Positions 28,814-39,008 of a DNA stretch of 64,000 nt are shown here, in pieces; the stretch's first letter is position 1, and the number at the start of each line of letters is the position of its first letter. The position numbers and the translations under genes were made by a program. Source of the DNA: Candidatus Altiarchaeota archaeon (GTDB lineage Archaea; Altiarchaeota; Altiarchaeia; IMC4; SCGC-AAA252-I15); assembly GCA_043800705.1 (NCBI GenBank), contig JAZDMS010000022.1, positions 1 to 64,000 of the forward strand, given 5' to 3'. The notes below the pieces were generated by a model that saw only the letters and a program-made list of their open reading frames with translations, was not told the origin of the DNA and made no database searches.

Positions 28814-31800
28814 CTACTCCTCGGGGGGGAAGCCTGGCGGAGAAGGCACGCCCAGCCCTAGTTCGCATGCCTTTTTCGTGTAGACCAACACGCCATCATA
28901 CCGGTCTGTCGAGCCGAAGATGTAGTCTATATGTGCCTTCCGCCAGTTCTGTGTCTGTGCATCCCAGAAGAATATGTTTCCTTGACCGCTGGCCTGGGTG
29001 AAATCGCATTCGCCGCCGACGCTCTTCATCGAGTTGCCGACTAGGTCCTTTGTTACCGGAGCGAGGTTCCATCCTTTGTCGAGGGACACATCTTCGAATG
29101 TTGCGTAGCTGTCGACTACGAATTCAAGGTCGCATTCGGTGAGCGAATATGCCCAGAAGGAATGCGTGCTTAGGTAATCGACGAGCCCTGTGCCGAGCTT
29201 CTTCTCGGCCTCGCTTAGGGTGATGTACTTGCCGTCCAGGAACACGAACCCATAGGGCTTGCTGCACGTCCCAAGATTTAGGCTTCCTTTGCCTGGGAAC
29301 GCCATCAGGTTCCAGCCCTTCTTTAGGGAAAGGACTACTTTATCCCCTACAGCCCCGATGCATGCGCCTTCCTTGCAACCGTTGGGGCATGTGTATAGCT
29401 CGTTTTGGAGCTGGCCGTTTTCGCAGTAGAATTCAATCAGGTTGTCCCCTTTGCAGACGTCGTCGTAGCTGCCTGCGCCCCACCTAGTCGTACCCTTAAC
29501 AGGGTAGTTTTTCCCACCATCGGAGTCAGTACAATTTGTTGTGTTTTCTGCGACCGTCGGGTTTATGAAGAGGTCCCCGCCTGCGATGTAAAGCATATCC
29601 TTCAGGTACGCCCCAGAGAATACGTCCGTATCCTGCGGCAACGGATCCGGCTCCAACTGATATTCCTTCCCGCATGCCGTGAGAATTATCCTTCCCCCAG
29701 TCCTCGGCGCAAGACGCACCCTCAACATTTCAGAATTGCTTGTGAACACAGCAGTCATCGAATGATCTGACTCCTCCATAAAATCGCTAAAGTGGTAGCT
29801 TTTCCCGCCTAACACCACATCATCGCCTTTATAAAACGGCCCCTGTCTACAAGTAACCGGCTCCTTTTTACACGCCCCATCCTGGCAGCCGCTTGGGCAT
29901 GTGTACATTTCGTGTTGGGGCTGGTTGTTTTCGCAGTAGAATTCAATCAGGGTGTTGTCTTGGCAGACGTCGTCATCGCTTTTTGCACCCCACTTAGTCG
30001 TCCCCTTCACATAATAGTCTTTTCCGCCGTCTGAATCAGTGCAGTTTGTCGGCGCAACAATGCTAAAATGGTCGTCGCTGGCGTCGCTTACACCTGCGCC
30101 ATCATCAATTACAGCAATTTTGTAATTGCTTCCCGCCGGTATGTCGGAGGGAAAAAGGCAGGTTGTTATACCCTCTATCATACTGTTATGTTCGACTGTT
30201 GAACAGCCAGTTAGCGAACGATACAAACCCCCATTTTTCAGTAGTTCAATTTTAACTTTTGAATAATCTGTACTCAACATATTTCCTGACCATTTAATTG
30301 TCCAATATCCACCTGCCGCTATTGACTCCCCCCCATTCGGCGAAGTCACCGTTATATACGGCTTGCACGCTTTATCGCCGCCGGTGCAATTTCTTGTGGG
30401 CTCTGCAACTGTCGGGTTTATGAAGAGGTCCCCGCCTGCGATGTAAATCATATCCTTCAGGTATGCCCCAGAGAATACGTCCGTATCCTGCGGCAGCGGA
30501 TCTTCCGCGTACTGGTACTCTTTTCCGCACGCTGTGAAAAATATTCTATCCCCAGTCTTCGGCGTAAGCCGTGTCCTCATCATTTCGCCGCTGCTTGTGA
30601 ATACGACAGTCATCGAATGGTCCGTTTCCTCCATATATTCGTCAAAGACATAGGATTTCCCGTTCAACACCACCTTGTCGCCCCTGTAAAACGGCCCCTG
30701 CTGGCATAGGGCCGGCTCCTGTTTGCACGCCCCGTCCTGGCAGCCGTATTTGCATTCCTGATACTGGAAGAAGCTGCCTTTACCGTCCAACGTGCACGCC
30801 GCCTCATATATCGTGTTGCCGGAACAGTAATCATAAGACCTCCGATCACCCACCGTAGTCCAACCATACGTGTAAATATCTATCCCGCCGTCAGAGTCAG
30901 TGCATTTGGAGGTTACCACATTAATCAGCACCAAGTTTCCGTCCTTATTCATTACCTTATACGATCCCACAGGAAGATACAAGCCCTGCCAGTTGGCCAA
31001 CGTCACAGAATGCCTATAAACCAACTTAACCATACCTTGCGGCATCCCAGCAAACTCACACTTCCAATACGTCTGCACCACACCGTCACATACAGCATCC
31101 CTGCCGTCTTCGAAACTGCAACCAGGAGTACTGGCAGACAACTCATACTCCAAAGCCTGAGACTGGAGTGTGATTGTCATCGGCGGACTGAGTGAGATTT
31201 TCGAAGGCCAGTAGTAGACGCCATTACTGAGGGAAACCCTGCCGCCAGAGCCATTTACGCACGCTCCATCCTGGCAGCCCAAGGGGCAGCTATATGACTC
31301 TTTCTGGGGTTGGTTGTTCTGGCAGAAGAACTCGACCAAATTAGCCTCCTGACAGACATCATCATAACTGCTCACACCCCACTTAACGGTACCCTTAACA
31401 TAATAGTTTTTCCCACCATCGGAGTCTGTACAATTTGTCGTGTTTTCTGCGACTGTCGGGTTTACGAAAAGGTCCCCCCCGTTAAGATAAAGCACATCCT
31501 TCAAGTACGTCCCAGAATACACGTCCGTATCCTGCGGCAACGGATCCGGCTCCAACTGATATTCCTTCCCGCATGCCGTGAGAATTATCCTTCCCCCAGT
31601 CCTCGGAGCAAGACGCACCCTCAACATCTCACCATTGCTTGTGAACACAGCAGTCATCGAATGATCCGACTCCTCCATAAAATCGCTAAAGTGGTAGCTT
31701 TTCCCGCCTAACACCACATCATCGCCTTTATAAAACGGCCCCTGTCTACAGGTAACCGGCTCCTTTTTACACGCCCCATCCTGGCAGCCATATTTGCATT

Positions 31801-33199
31801 CTTGGTACTGGAAGTAGCTGCTTTTCCCGTCCAATGAGCACGCAGCCTCATAAATTGTGCTGCCTGAACAGTAATCATAAGATCTCCGGCCATTCACCGT
31901 AGTCCAACCATACGTGTAGATGTCTATCCCGCCGTCCGAGTCTGTACATTTCGGTTCCTCCGCGCATGCTCCATCCTTGCATCCGTTCGGGCACTTGTAG
32001 TAGTCTGCTTGCACTTGCGTGCCTTTGCAGTATGTCTCTTTTAGGGTTATGCCGTCGCTGGTGCAAACGTCTTCTAACCTAAATTTTACGCCATTCCAAT
32101 AGCCCGATGTTATGCCTTGAATGTTGTAATTGCCTCCTTCATCGCCAGCCGTCTCGTCAAAGCAGCTGTTAGGCAGGGTCGTTGACGTTGAAGTTGAACT
32201 CGTGGTTGATGTTGTAGGCGTTTTCATGCATGCTCCGTCCTGGCAGCCGTATTTGCAGTCTGAGTACTGGAAGTAGCTGCTTTTGCCGTCCAATGAGCAC
32301 GCAGCCTCATATATTGTGCTGCCTGAACAGTAGTCATAAGATTTTTGGCCGTTCACCGTGGTCCAACCATAGGTGTAGATATCTATTCCGCCATCTGAGT
32401 CAGTGCATTTCGGCTCTGCGCTAGCGCATGCCCCGTCCTTGCATCCGTTCGGGCATTTGTAGTAGTCTGCCTGCACTTGCGTGCCTTTGCAGTATGTCTC
32501 TTTTAGGGTTATGCCGTCGCTGGTGCAAACGTCTTCTAACCTAAATTTTACACCCATCCAAAAGCCGGATGTTACGCCGCGAATGTTGTAATTACCTCCT
32601 TCATCGCCAGCCGTCTCGTCAAAGCAGCTGTTAGGCAGGGTCGTTGACGTTGAAGTTGAACTCGTGGTTGATGTTATGGGCGTTTTTATGCAGGCTCCAT
32701 CCGTACAGCCGTTTGGGCAGTCATGATAATATCCCGTTTTGATATCCCCGCCTGGGCCGCAGTCCATCTCGAACAATCTTGTCTGCGTCAGGCAGAGGTC
32801 AGATTCGCAGGAAGTCCCCTGACAGGTCGTTCCCTTAAGATAATAATTTTTACCGCCGTCGGAGTCGGTGCATATTTTGGATAGTGTCGTCGTTGTCGTG
32901 GGCTGCTCCCTAAGGCACGCCCCGTCCTGGCAGCCGTATTGGCATTCTTGGTACTGGAAGAAGCTGCTTTTGCCGTCCAATACGCACGCAGCCTCATATA
33001 TTGTGCTGCCCGAACAATAGTCATAATATTTTTGGCCGTTCACCGTAGTCCAGCCATATGTGTAGATATCTATTCCTCCATCTGAGTCTGTGCAGTTCGT
33101 CTCCTGGGCCGCAATCGTGCCTGAGAGAATCAGTAATAACGCTGTTGCTGTGAGAATTTGGTATATTGTCTTTGTTGATGTTTTCATTTGTTCGTTCAC
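28814..33199 (-). CDS. Giant secreted Cys-rich repeat surface protein (CTDSDGG...C..GC.DGAC modules)
   Basis: 1461 aa; signal peptide; about 10 Cys modules; Thr linkers; an SPNGGE Ig-like domain; GWNL repeats near the C-terminus. Confidence 0.9.
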   Translation of the reverse strand: MNEQMKTSTKTIYQILTATALLLILSGTIAAQETNCTDSDGGIDIYTYGWTTVNGQKYYDYCSGSTIYEAACVLDGKSSFFQYQECQYGCQDGACLREQPTTTTTLSKICTDSDGGKNYYLKGTTCQGTSCESDLCLTQTRLFEMDCGPGGDIKTGYYHDCPNGCTDGACIKTPITSTTSSTSTSTTLPNSCFDETAGDEGGNYNIRGVTSGFWMGVKFRLEDVCTSDGITLKETYCKGTQVQADYYKCPNGCKDGACASAEPKCTDSDGGIDIYTYGWTTVNGQKSYDYCSGSTIYEAACSLDGKSSYFQYSDCKYGCQDGACMKTPTTSTTSSTSTSTTLPNSCFDETAGDEGGNYNIQGITSGYWNGVKFRLEDVCTSDGITLKETYCKGTQVQADYYKCPNGCKDGACAEEPKCTDSDGGIDIYTYGWTTVNGRRSYDYCSGSTIYEAACSLDGKSSYFQYQECKYGCQDGACKKEPVTCRQGPFYKGDDVVLGGKSYHFSDFMEESDHSMTAVFTSNGEMLRVRLAPRTGGRIILTACGKEYQLEPDPLPQDTDVYSGTYLKDVLYLNGGDLFVNPTVAENTTNCTDSDGGKNYYVKGTVKWGVSSYDDVCQEANLVEFFCQNNQPQKESYSCPLGCQDGACVNGSGGRVSLSNGVYYWPSKISLSPPMTITLQSQALEYELSASTPGCSFEDGRDAVCDGVVQTYWKCEFAGMPQGMVKLVYRHSVTLANWQGLYLPVGSYKVMNKDGNLVLINVVTSKCTDSDGGIDIYTYGWTTVGDRRSYDYCSGNTIYEAACTLDGKGSFFQYQECKYGCQDGACKQEPALCQQGPFYRGDKVVLNGKSYVFDEYMEETDHSMTVVFTSSGEMMRTRLTPKTGDRIFFTACGKEYQYAEDPLPQDTDVFSGAYLKDMIYIAGGDLFINPTVAEPTRNCTGGDKACKPYITVTSPNGGESIAAGGYWTIKWSGNMLSTDYSKVKIELLKNGGLYRSLTGCSTVEHNSMIEGITTCLFPSDIPAGSNYKIAVIDDGAGVSDASDDHFSIVAPTNCTDSDGGKDYYVKGTTKWGAKSDDDVCQDNTLIEFYCENNQPQHEMYTCPSGCQDGACKKEPVTCRQGPFYKGDDVVLGGKSYHFSDFMEESDHSMTAVFTSNSEMLRVRLAPRTGGRIILTACGKEYQLEPDPLPQDTDVFSGAYLKDMLYIAGGDLFINPTVAENTTNCTDSDGGKNYPVKGTTRWGAGSYDDVCKGDNLIEFYCENGQLQNELYTCPNGCKEGACIGAVGDKVVLSLKKGWNLMAFPGKGSLNLGTCSKPYGFVFLDGKYITLSEAEKKLGTGLVDYLSTHSFWAYSLTECDLEFVVDSYATFEDVSLDKGWNLAPVTKDLVGNSMKSVGGECDFTQASGQGNIFFWDAQTQNWRKAHIDYIFGSTDRYDGVLVYTKKACELGLGVPSPPGFPPEE
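29470..33095 (-). repeat. Intragenic direct repeats: module A x4, module B x2, module C x3
   Basis: A = CTDSDGGIDIYTYGW... (~32915-33095, 32228-32408, 31768-31948, 30724-30905). B = PNSCFDETAGDEGG... (~32425-32690, 31963-32228). C = C.QGPFY...NPTVAE (~31445-31750, 30403-30708, 29545-29850). Boundaries are approximate. Confidence 0.9.
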
Positions 33200-33246
33200 C
33201 TCGTAAGATTCATGTGTGAAACAGCATAAGAATCAAGGGTGGAACG

Positions 33247-33266
33247 GACGTTTCAGTGACGTTTCA
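33247..33266. promoter_or_regulatory. Tandem GACGTTTCA direct repeat upstream of the surface-protein operon
   Basis: Copies at 33247-33255 and 33258-33266 (11-bp period); inverted half-site TGAAAC at 33217-33222. Confidence 0.4.
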
Positions 33267-33295
33267 AGCCTGAGAAAATGGGGTTGTGGGAGGCT

Positions 33296-34540
33296 CTATG
33301 TCCCCTCCTCCCATGAGGTCAGGTATTTTTTCTGTTTCGCTGTAAGCTCGTCGATTCCGATGCCCATGGTCTTCAGCTTCATCCTGGCGACCATCTCGTC
33401 TATCTCCCTCGGTATCTTGTGGACTCCGGGTTTGAGGTCGTGTTCCTGGATGTATTTGCACGCCATCGCCTGGTTCGCGAAGCTCATGTCCATGACCTCG
33501 CTCGGGTGGCCTTCGGCCGCTGCGAGGTTGACGAGCCTTCCTTCGCCGAGGACGTATATGTGCCTGCCGTCCTTGAGCTCGAATTTTTCGACGTTGTTTC
33601 TTATGACCTTCTTGCCCTTGCTGAGGGACTCCAAAGCGGGCAGGTCTATCTCGATGTTGAAGTGGCCGCTGTTGCAGACAACCGCCCCCGATTTCATCGA
33701 CTCGAAGTGCTTCTTCGTGATGATGTCCCTGTCGCCGGTGACGGTTATGAATATGTCCCCCATGCAGGCTGCGTCGTCCATCTTCATGACGGTGTAGCCG
33801 TCCATCGCCGCCCTGAGGGCGAGTATTGGGTCGACTTCGGTGACTATGACCTGTGAGCCCATCCCTTTGGCCCTCATGGCGACGCCCCTGCCGCACCAGC
33901 CGTATCCTGCGACGACGACGACCTTCCCTGCGAAGAGTATGCTCGTCGCCCTGAGTATGCCGTCGATGGTGGACTGGCCCGTGCCGTAGTGGTTGTCGAA
34001 CATGTGCTTCGTATCGGCGTCGTTGGTCGCCATGACGGGGTACTTCAGCGCCCCGTCCGCCTCCATGGCCCGAAGCCTGATGACGCCGGTCGTTGTCTCC
34101 TCGCATCCGCCCTTGACGTGCTTCAGGAGCTCCGGCCTCTTGGTGTGTATCATCGAGATGAGGTCCGCCCCGTCGTCGACGGTTATCTCTGGCCTGTGGT
34201 CGAGGACCTTGCCTATGTTGTCGTAGTATTCCATGGTCGTCTCCCCGCGCCACGCGTAGACGTCGACTCCGGCTTTGGCGAGGGCGGCAGCGACGTCGTC
34301 CTGCGTGGAGAGCGGGTTGCAGCCGGTTATGGCGACCTTGGCGCCACCCTCAATGAGTGTTTCTACTAGCACTGCCGTCTCCTTGGTGACGTGCAGGGCG
34401 AATCCGACGGTTACTCCCTTCAGCGGCTTATCCTTCTTGAATGTTCTCCTTATGTCCATCAAAACCGGCATATGCGCCTGCGCCCACTCGATGTTGAGGC
34501 GGCCGGAATCTGCCAGTTTCATATCCTTTACAGCGCTCAT
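33296..34540 (-). CDS. ahcY: Adenosylhomocysteinase
   Basis: Motifs [54 protein letters not shown]. Confidence 0.98.
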   Translation of the reverse strand: MSAVKDMKLADSGRLNIEWAQAHMPVLMDIRRTFKKDKPLKGVTVGFALHVTKETAVLVETLIEGGAKVAITGCNPLSTQDDVAAALAKAGVDVYAWRGETTMEYYDNIGKVLDHRPEITVDDGADLISMIHTKRPELLKHVKGGCEETTTGVIRLRAMEADGALKYPVMATNDADTKHMFDNHYGTGQSTIDGILRATSILFAGKVVVVAGYGWCGRGVAMRAKGMGSQVIVTEVDPILALRAAMDGYTVMKMDDAACMGDIFITVTGDRDIITKKHFESMKSGAVVCNSGHFNIEIDLPALESLSKGKKVIRNNVEKFELKDGRHIYVLGEGRLVNLAAAEGHPSEVMDMSFANQAMACKYIQEHDLKPGVHKIPREIDEMVARMKLKTMGIGIDELTAKQKKYLTSWEEGT

Positions 34541-34630
34541 CTTGGGAAGGTATTATGGTGGGCATATTTAATAATTGAGTGAGTACAACGTATTGGATAA
34601 TAACCCCAAAGTGGCAAATACTGATACCCT

Positions 34631-35122
34631 ATGAAAGTGGCGTTCAGAAAGGTGGGTGTCGGGGACCTGAAGGCGCTCAACAGGATAGTCAACGATTCGC
34701 GCGTAGCCCTTCATCTGATGGTCACGCCGCCTGTGTCGATGAAATCCACGAGGCTTCTGTATGGACAGATTCTGAGGGAGAGGGGTTTTTGGGATGCCGT
34801 CCTCGTGGACGGGATGATCGCAGGGTCTGCGACGCTAAGGAGGATGCCTGAGGAGAAGAACGCCCATGCCGCAGATTTCGGCATCGCATTGGCGGAGGAA
34901 TACTGGGGGATGGGCATAGGGGGCATAACGATCGATTACATGATCAGGAGGGCCAGGGCCGCAGGCATCAAAAGGGTGCAGCTGACCGTCGCTTCGGACA
35001 ATTGCAGGGCTTTGGCGCTTTACAGGAGGCACGGGTTCAAGATGGAGGGAAACCTCAGGAGGGCATACAAGGTGGGCGGAAAATACCGCGACGCCATCCT
35101 TATGGCGAGGCTCCTTGCATAG
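34631..35122 (+). CDS. GNAT acetyltransferase (RimJ/YhhY-like)
   Basis: FGIALAEEYWGMGIG, N.RALALY...GF..EG. Confidence 0.9.
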   Translation: MKVAFRKVGVGDLKALNRIVNDSRVALHLMVTPPVSMKSTRLLYGQILRERGFWDAVLVDGMIAGSATLRRMPEEKNAHAADFGIALAEEYWGMGIGGITIDYMIRRARAAGIKRVQLTVASDNCRALALYRRHGFKMEGNLRRAYKVGGKYRDAILMARLLA

Positions 35123-35129
35123 GGGGGTT

Positions 35130-35624
35130 ATGAAAGTCAGTTTCAGGCGGGTCCGAAGGGTTGATCTGGAGGAGCTAAACAGGATAGTGAACGACCCGGA
35201 CGTCTGCCGATTCATGAGCGGCGTGCCGCCGATTACGATGAATTCCACTGTGAAGTTCTACGAGCAATGCGGCAAGAGCGGCTGGCGCTGGCACTGCATC
35301 TTCGCAGACGGCAAAGTCGTCGGGTCGGCGCTCCTGCAGCCTGTGAAAAAAAGTTCGAGGAGCTCGCACGTGGCCGAATTCGGGGTAAGCATCGCGAGGG
35401 AATACTGGGGTCGGGGGATCGGCTCAAAGGCCGTCAGATTCATCCTCCAGGACGCAAGGAGCCGTGGTTTGAAGAAGGTGTCGCTCTGTGTCGTCGAGGA
35501 CAATCACAGGGCGAGAAGGCTGTACCTGCGGCACGGATTCAGGGAGGAGGGTAGGCTGAGGAAGCATACTAAGGTCGGCGGAGGATACAGGGACATCATA
35601 TTGATGGCGAGGCTGCTTCGGTGA
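35130..35624 (+). CDS. GNAT acetyltransferase, tandem paralog
   Basis: FGVSIAREYWGRGIG, N.RARRLY...GF..EG; collinear with the upstream gene. Confidence 0.9.
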   Translation: MKVSFRRVRRVDLEELNRIVNDPDVCRFMSGVPPITMNSTVKFYEQCGKSGWRWHCIFADGKVVGSALLQPVKKSSRSSHVAEFGVSIAREYWGRGIGSKAVRFILQDARSRGLKKVSLCVVEDNHRARRLYLRHGFREEGRLRKHTKVGGGYRDIILMARLLR

Positions 35625-36214
35625 AATACGGTGAAAAATACGAAGGCAGGAAGTTCAGGGTCGAGTTCGTCAGAGACGGCGCCGCGCCCGAACGCGTACT
35701 CAAAGGCATACGCGACGCAGGATCCGCCCTGGACAGGCTCGGCCTCACGCCCGAGAACGCAGGCAACATCAGCGTCAGGTCGAATGAGGGCATGCATATC
35801 ACCGTCGGCGGAGTCGGCAAGGGGAGGCTATCGGAAGACGACGTCGTCGAGGTCCTGGACTTCGACTTCGAGAGGGCGGTGGTCGTCGGGGGAAAGGAGC
35901 CTTCCAGCGAGACGCCGATGCACTGGCTGATATACCAGAGCTATCCTATGGCGAACGCCGTCATACACGCGCACGACGAGCTCGCAGTCGACTCAGCCAA
36001 AAAGCTGAAGGAGACCATAGGCGTTGAAACGACAGAGGCACATGCGCATTACGGCACCGACGATCAGGCATACCAGGTAATAGAAACCCTCAAACACGCC
36101 CAATATGCCATCATCAGGGGGCATGGTGTCGTATGCATGGGCGAGAGCCTGGAGGAATGCGTGTGCTTGATCGTCAACATACACAGGAGCCTGCAGGCGG
36201 ATATTAACCGCTAA
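35621..36214 (+). CDS. Class II aldolase/adducin family protein
   Basis: Motifs GNISVR, PSSETPMH..IY, AVIHAH, RGHGVV. Confidence 0.9.
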   Translation: MKYGEKYEGRKFRVEFVRDGAAPERVLKGIRDAGSALDRLGLTPENAGNISVRSNEGMHITVGGVGKGRLSEDDVVEVLDFDFERAVVVGGKEPSSETPMHWLIYQSYPMANAVIHAHDELAVDSAKKLKETIGVETTEAHAHYGTDDQAYQVIETLKHAQYAIIRGHGVVCMGESLEECVCLIVNIHRSLQADINR

Positions 36215-36229
36215 GGACAATCCATAAGG

Positions 36230-37225
36230 ATGTTGTTCGACAAGGAGTTCATAGAGGAAGCCAACAGGCTGATCGCCCTCGATGACCGCCTCCTAGAGCT
36301 CCTTCGCAAGGGCAAGATCAAGAAAGGGGAATACGACAATGATTTCGAGGCCATCAACCGCAGGCTCGAAAGACTCAAGGTGGATAACCTCCGGCTGATC
36401 GGGCAGTCGCTTGGGAGCATTGGTAAGGCGTCCTTTGCGCTGCAAAACAAGAAGAATGCGAAACAGATCGGGGAGACTGAGTACCTCGACATCAAACACG
36501 AGCTCGTACTGAAGAAGAACGACCTAGAATCCGAGAGGGACGCGATAGAGCTGAGCCATGGCGCAGAATACCTGGCGTGCCTGCGAAGGAGGGTGCAGGA
36601 GAAGAAGTACGAGCACCTCAGGATAGTAAGGTTCGACGTCAATAGGATAATCAAGATGTTCCCGCCGCGGAAGGCTACCTTTGCCCCTCCAAAGGCCATG
36701 ATTCAGGCCGCGGGCGGGAATCTGCCGCCGCTTGGGGCATGGGCGGTCGCCGGCGCCTTTGTGTCCGCCGCCCTATGGTACGGGATGAGATACATGGACG
36801 AATCCGTGGCTTATTTCCCGGCCGCAGCCGTCGTTTTCGCCATCGTATTCTGGAGCGCGCTCCTGCACGCATCGACCAGGATCGTGGGGCTGCAAGGCGC
36901 ATCCTACCGTAGGGCTTTCAGGTGCGCAATGATGGATTGGGCGCTCAAGACGGCCTGCGCCGTATTGTCCGTCGCCGCATACGCGCTGGCCTTCAGGGGG
37001 GAGTTTTTTCCGGCCGCTTCCGGTTCGGATCCCCTCCTGTCCAGGGCATTTGTTTTTTTATCGGGGATTGCAGCCATGGCCCTTTCGCCGATATACAGCG
37101 TCTATGCCTCCTATGATGCAAACATCCGTCAGTCTGCTTTGACAGTCCTCATGGAATACGCCCTCCTTCTGATCATGGGGGTCGCAGCCAAAACGGTTAT
37201 TACATACGTAATCGTGGGTTTTTAA
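36230..37225 (+). CDS. Hypothetical protein: N-terminal coiled coil, C-terminal multi-TM domain
   Basis: 331-aa ORF with about 5 hydrophobic segments. Confidence 0.7.
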   Translation: MLFDKEFIEEANRLIALDDRLLELLRKGKIKKGEYDNDFEAINRRLERLKVDNLRLIGQSLGSIGKASFALQNKKNAKQIGETEYLDIKHELVLKKNDLESERDAIELSHGAEYLACLRRRVQEKKYEHLRIVRFDVNRIIKMFPPRKATFAPPKAMIQAAGGNLPPLGAWAVAGAFVSAALWYGMRYMDESVAYFPAAAVVFAIVFWSALLHASTRIVGLQGASYRRAFRCAMMDWALKTACAVLSVAAYALAFRGEFFPAASGSDPLLSRAFVFLSGIAAMALSPIYSVYASYDANIRQSALTVLMEYALLLIMGVAAKTVITYVIVGF

Positions 37226-37248
37226 CCGGCCATGCCTTATTTGGTTTC

Positions 37249-37794
37249 ATGGACTGGGTTGTTCTCGCCATACTTTTGGTTTTCTTCATCGGTTTCATGG
37301 GTGCGGTGACGGCGGGTCTCCTCAAGGTCCAGTGGGCTGTCCTCTTCCTCGTCGGCATGTTCTGCGTCAGCTTCACGGGGGGCGTCCTATACAGGCTGTG
37401 GTACGCCAACTTCTACAGGAAGCCGAACCTTTTCAGGACGCAGGTCAGCCTCGAGATCGACGAGAGCGTCGTCTACCTGAACCACATATCGTCTATCACG
37501 GAGGAGTACGTCCACAGCAGGTTCCTGATGTGCTCCGGATTCCTGCTCGGATTCATCGTATACCTGCTCCTGTTTACCTCCACAGGCATATCGACTTCCG
37601 GCACGCTGCAGAACATGGTCGCGTCGGTGACGCTGACCGCCTCTGGAGGAATCCTCGGCATCCTCTTCAGCCTCAGCGAGCAGCTCATAATAAGGGACTC
37701 CAGCGGGATGAGCCACATCCTCAGGCTAAAGGACTTCGAGCGGATCGAGCTCAAGCAGGAACTCACCAAAGACATCTGGAAACTCAGGAGATAG
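37249..37794 (+). CDS. Hypothetical membrane protein (4 TM)
   Basis: 181-aa ORF with host-like codon usage. Confidence 0.7.
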   Translation: MDWVVLAILLVFFIGFMGAVTAGLLKVQWAVLFLVGMFCVSFTGGVLYRLWYANFYRKPNLFRTQVSLEIDESVVYLNHISSITEEYVHSRFLMCSGFLLGFIVYLLLFTSTGISTSGTLQNMVASVTLTASGGILGILFSLSEQLIIRDSSGMSHILRLKDFERIELKQELTKDIWKLRR

Positions 37795-37851
37795 GGCATC
37801 CGGACGCCGGGAAAAGCTTTTAGGGGATCAAACACATAGGATTTGTGGGCC

Positions 37852-38025
37852 ATGGCAATCGAACTCTTCCAGAACCGGGCGGAACGTTTCTTCATCATCA
37901 GGGACGGCGACGCAGTCCTCAAGGTCACGGAGGCGGAGTTCGACGCGATGAAGAAGAACGGGACGAGCCCCCTGCTCCGGAGGCTCTGGGACCAGGCGAA
38001 GAAGGAGAGGCAACAGGGGTTGTAG
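37852..38025 (+). CDS. Small hypothetical protein (57 aa)
   Basis: MAIELFQNRAERFFII...; ends 5 nt before the PAS gene start. Confidence 0.55.
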   Translation: MAIELFQNRAERFFIIRDGDAVLKVTEAEFDAMKKNGTSPLLRRLWDQAKKERQQGL

Positions 38026-38030
38026 GCCGA

Positions 38031-39002
38031 ATGACATCCAAGAAGACCACAAGGGACTCCGTAATAATCACCCCGGAAAGGTCAAAAACGGCCCAGGCCC
38101 CGCAGAGCCCTCAAGAGGACGGATTCAGAAGCCTGTTCGAGAACGCCGTCATCGGCATATTCAGGTCAACCGTAGATGGCGGGTTTATAGAAGCCAATCC
38201 CGCCCTGGCTGCCATGCTGGGCTACCGTTCGCCCGATGAGCTGGTATCTGAGGTGTCCGACCTGTCAGGGGTATACGCAGACCCCGGATCCAGGAAGACT
38301 ATAATCAATGCCGCCCTTGCGAACGGTGGCAGACTCCTCAGGTGGGAGGAGCGCCTAAAAAGAGGGGACGGAGGCACGTTCACGGCAAGCCTCAACATAA
38401 GGGTGATATCCGACGAGAACGGCGGACCCAGCCGCATGGAAGGGTTCGTCGAGGACATATCAGACCAGAAACTGATGCATGAGGCCATCAGGGAGAGCGA
38501 AGACAGGTTCAAGGCCGTATTTGAGGCGTCGAATGCAGGCTTCGCCATCTTCGACCGCCTGGGACGCCTGGTGAGCGCCAACCAGTCCTTCCTGAACATA
38601 TTCGGAGTCCAAAACATATCAGATATCATAGGCTCAAGACTGTTCGATCTGCCATACATCGACGAAAAAGCCAGGCAGATGCTCAACGAGCGCAAAACCC
38701 TGAGGAAAGACCTCGAATTCGACTTCGAGGAGATAGCCAGATACAACGTCTTCCAGAGCGAAAAGAAAGGGAGGATATGCCTCGATGCGTCGATAAAAGC
38801 CCTCTGCGAGGAGGATGAGAAAACACCGACAGGTTACCTCCTGCAGGTCCAGGACATAACGGAGATAAAGCACCACCGGATGGAATGCCAGAAGATAAAG
38901 GCCGAACTCGAAGCCTGCAAGCAAAGCCTCTCCGAGGCCGAGAAAGCAAGGCCGAAGGATAAGCACCAATGCCAACAGGACCAGAATCAGACGACGCTCT
39001 AA
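38031..39002 (+). CDS. Tandem PAS/PAC domain protein without a kinase domain
   Basis: FRSLFENAVIGIF...ANPALA.MLGY...EDIS; SEDRFKAVFEAS...QDITE; short coiled-coil tail. Confidence 0.88.
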   Translation: MTSKKTTRDSVIITPERSKTAQAPQSPQEDGFRSLFENAVIGIFRSTVDGGFIEANPALAAMLGYRSPDELVSEVSDLSGVYADPGSRKTIINAALANGGRLLRWEERLKRGDGGTFTASLNIRVISDENGGPSRMEGFVEDISDQKLMHEAIRESEDRFKAVFEASNAGFAIFDRLGRLVSANQSFLNIFGVQNISDIIGSRLFDLPYIDEKARQMLNERKTLRKDLEFDFEEIARYNVFQSEKKGRICLDASIKALCEEDEKTPTGYLLQVQDITEIKHHRMECQKIKAELEACKQSLSEAEKARPKDKHQCQQDQNQTTL

Positions 39003-39008
39003 TGAGCT

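Noticed and set aside
28814-33199. Repeats as a CRISPR array or a DGR template/variable pair
   Set aside because: The repeats are in-frame protein modules with no spacers, the differences are not adenine-restricted, and no cas or reverse transcriptase gene is in the window.
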